Of a DNA stretch of 64,000 nt, positions 63,562-64,000 are shown piece by piece. Location of the stretch: assembly GCA_039096225.1 (NCBI GenBank), contig JBBPEB010000013.1:1116001-1180000 (forward strand), written 5' to 3'. Below the pieces are notes generated by a model. It ran no database searches, was not told the DNA's origin, and saw only the letters and a list, made by a program, of their open reading frames with translations. Both the position numbers and the translations under genes were made by a program. Origin of the DNA: Blastocystis sp. Blastoise (Eukaryota; Protista; Bigyra: Opalinata). Every line of letters starts with the position of its first letter. The stretch's first letter is position 1.

Positions 63562-64000
63562 ATAATAATAATAATATAGAGATTGAAATAAATCGAGAAA
63601 CAATACATTCTATATGTAATTTATTAAATATTAATTATTCTGAAGATATTGATTTACTCTCTATTATTACTGTATATTATTATTCTATTTATTATATTTT
63701 ATTTATATTTATTTATATTTATTATTATAACTAGCAAATCAAAAATGAACTGAAATCTCGTTATCCTAATGGCTTTCCTATAAATTCAAATCAAAATGAA
63801 TCTCAAATCATCGAATGGAATTATAAACAATATCCTCTTGGATTTAATACAAATAATGAAATGTTAAATAAATGTTGTGTTGTCATGAAATTATTATATT
63901 TAGAAGATATTAAACAATTCCAAAATGGATCTAATAAACTTATTGCTATGGTTCAAGTATTTATTTATTTTATTTTTATTATTTATTTTTATTCATTTTT
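62866..64000 (+). CDS. RTRAF: RTRAF homologue, copy 2 (runs off the window; intron-1 donor is AT)
   Basis: Near-identical inverted copy of 55853-57106. Confidence 0.75.

Larger units (their letters stand above)
61771..64000. repeat. Right arm of the inverted segmental duplication
   Basis: Reverse complement of 55977-58202; continues past the window end. Confidence 0.95.

Overview
Very AT-rich eukaryotic DNA with short GT-AG introns rich in (TA)n/(TAA)n. The gene content fits a gut protist such as an AT-rich Blastocystis-like stramenopile (inference). Host genes: an HxxxD acyltransferase, a cathepsin L-like protease, an RCC1-repeat protein, a PERK-like eIF2alpha kinase, a large type-I surface protein, a PMCA Ca2+-ATPase, RPL30, ARL2, RTRAF (two inverted copies) and a GT49/LARGE-like glycosyltransferase. 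The dominant feature is a 22.7-kb hAT (Buster/Charlie-type) transposon at 23961-46669. It has an exact 8-bp TSD, splits the surface-protein gene, and carries its own transposase plus cargo: an intron-containing UTP20 fragment, a Helitron-like 3' end, tRNA-like cloverleaf elements and an array of symmetric micro-exons. Separately, the two near-identical RTRAF copies each carry an intron the other lacks (one has a perfect 44-bp palindromic interior), and the first RPL30 intron is flanked by a 9-bp direct repeat. Together these suggest very recent intron turnover. A GC-rich palindrome, TTCCCRYGGGAA, recurs about 30 times. Exon boundaries were read by eye and no database searches were run.
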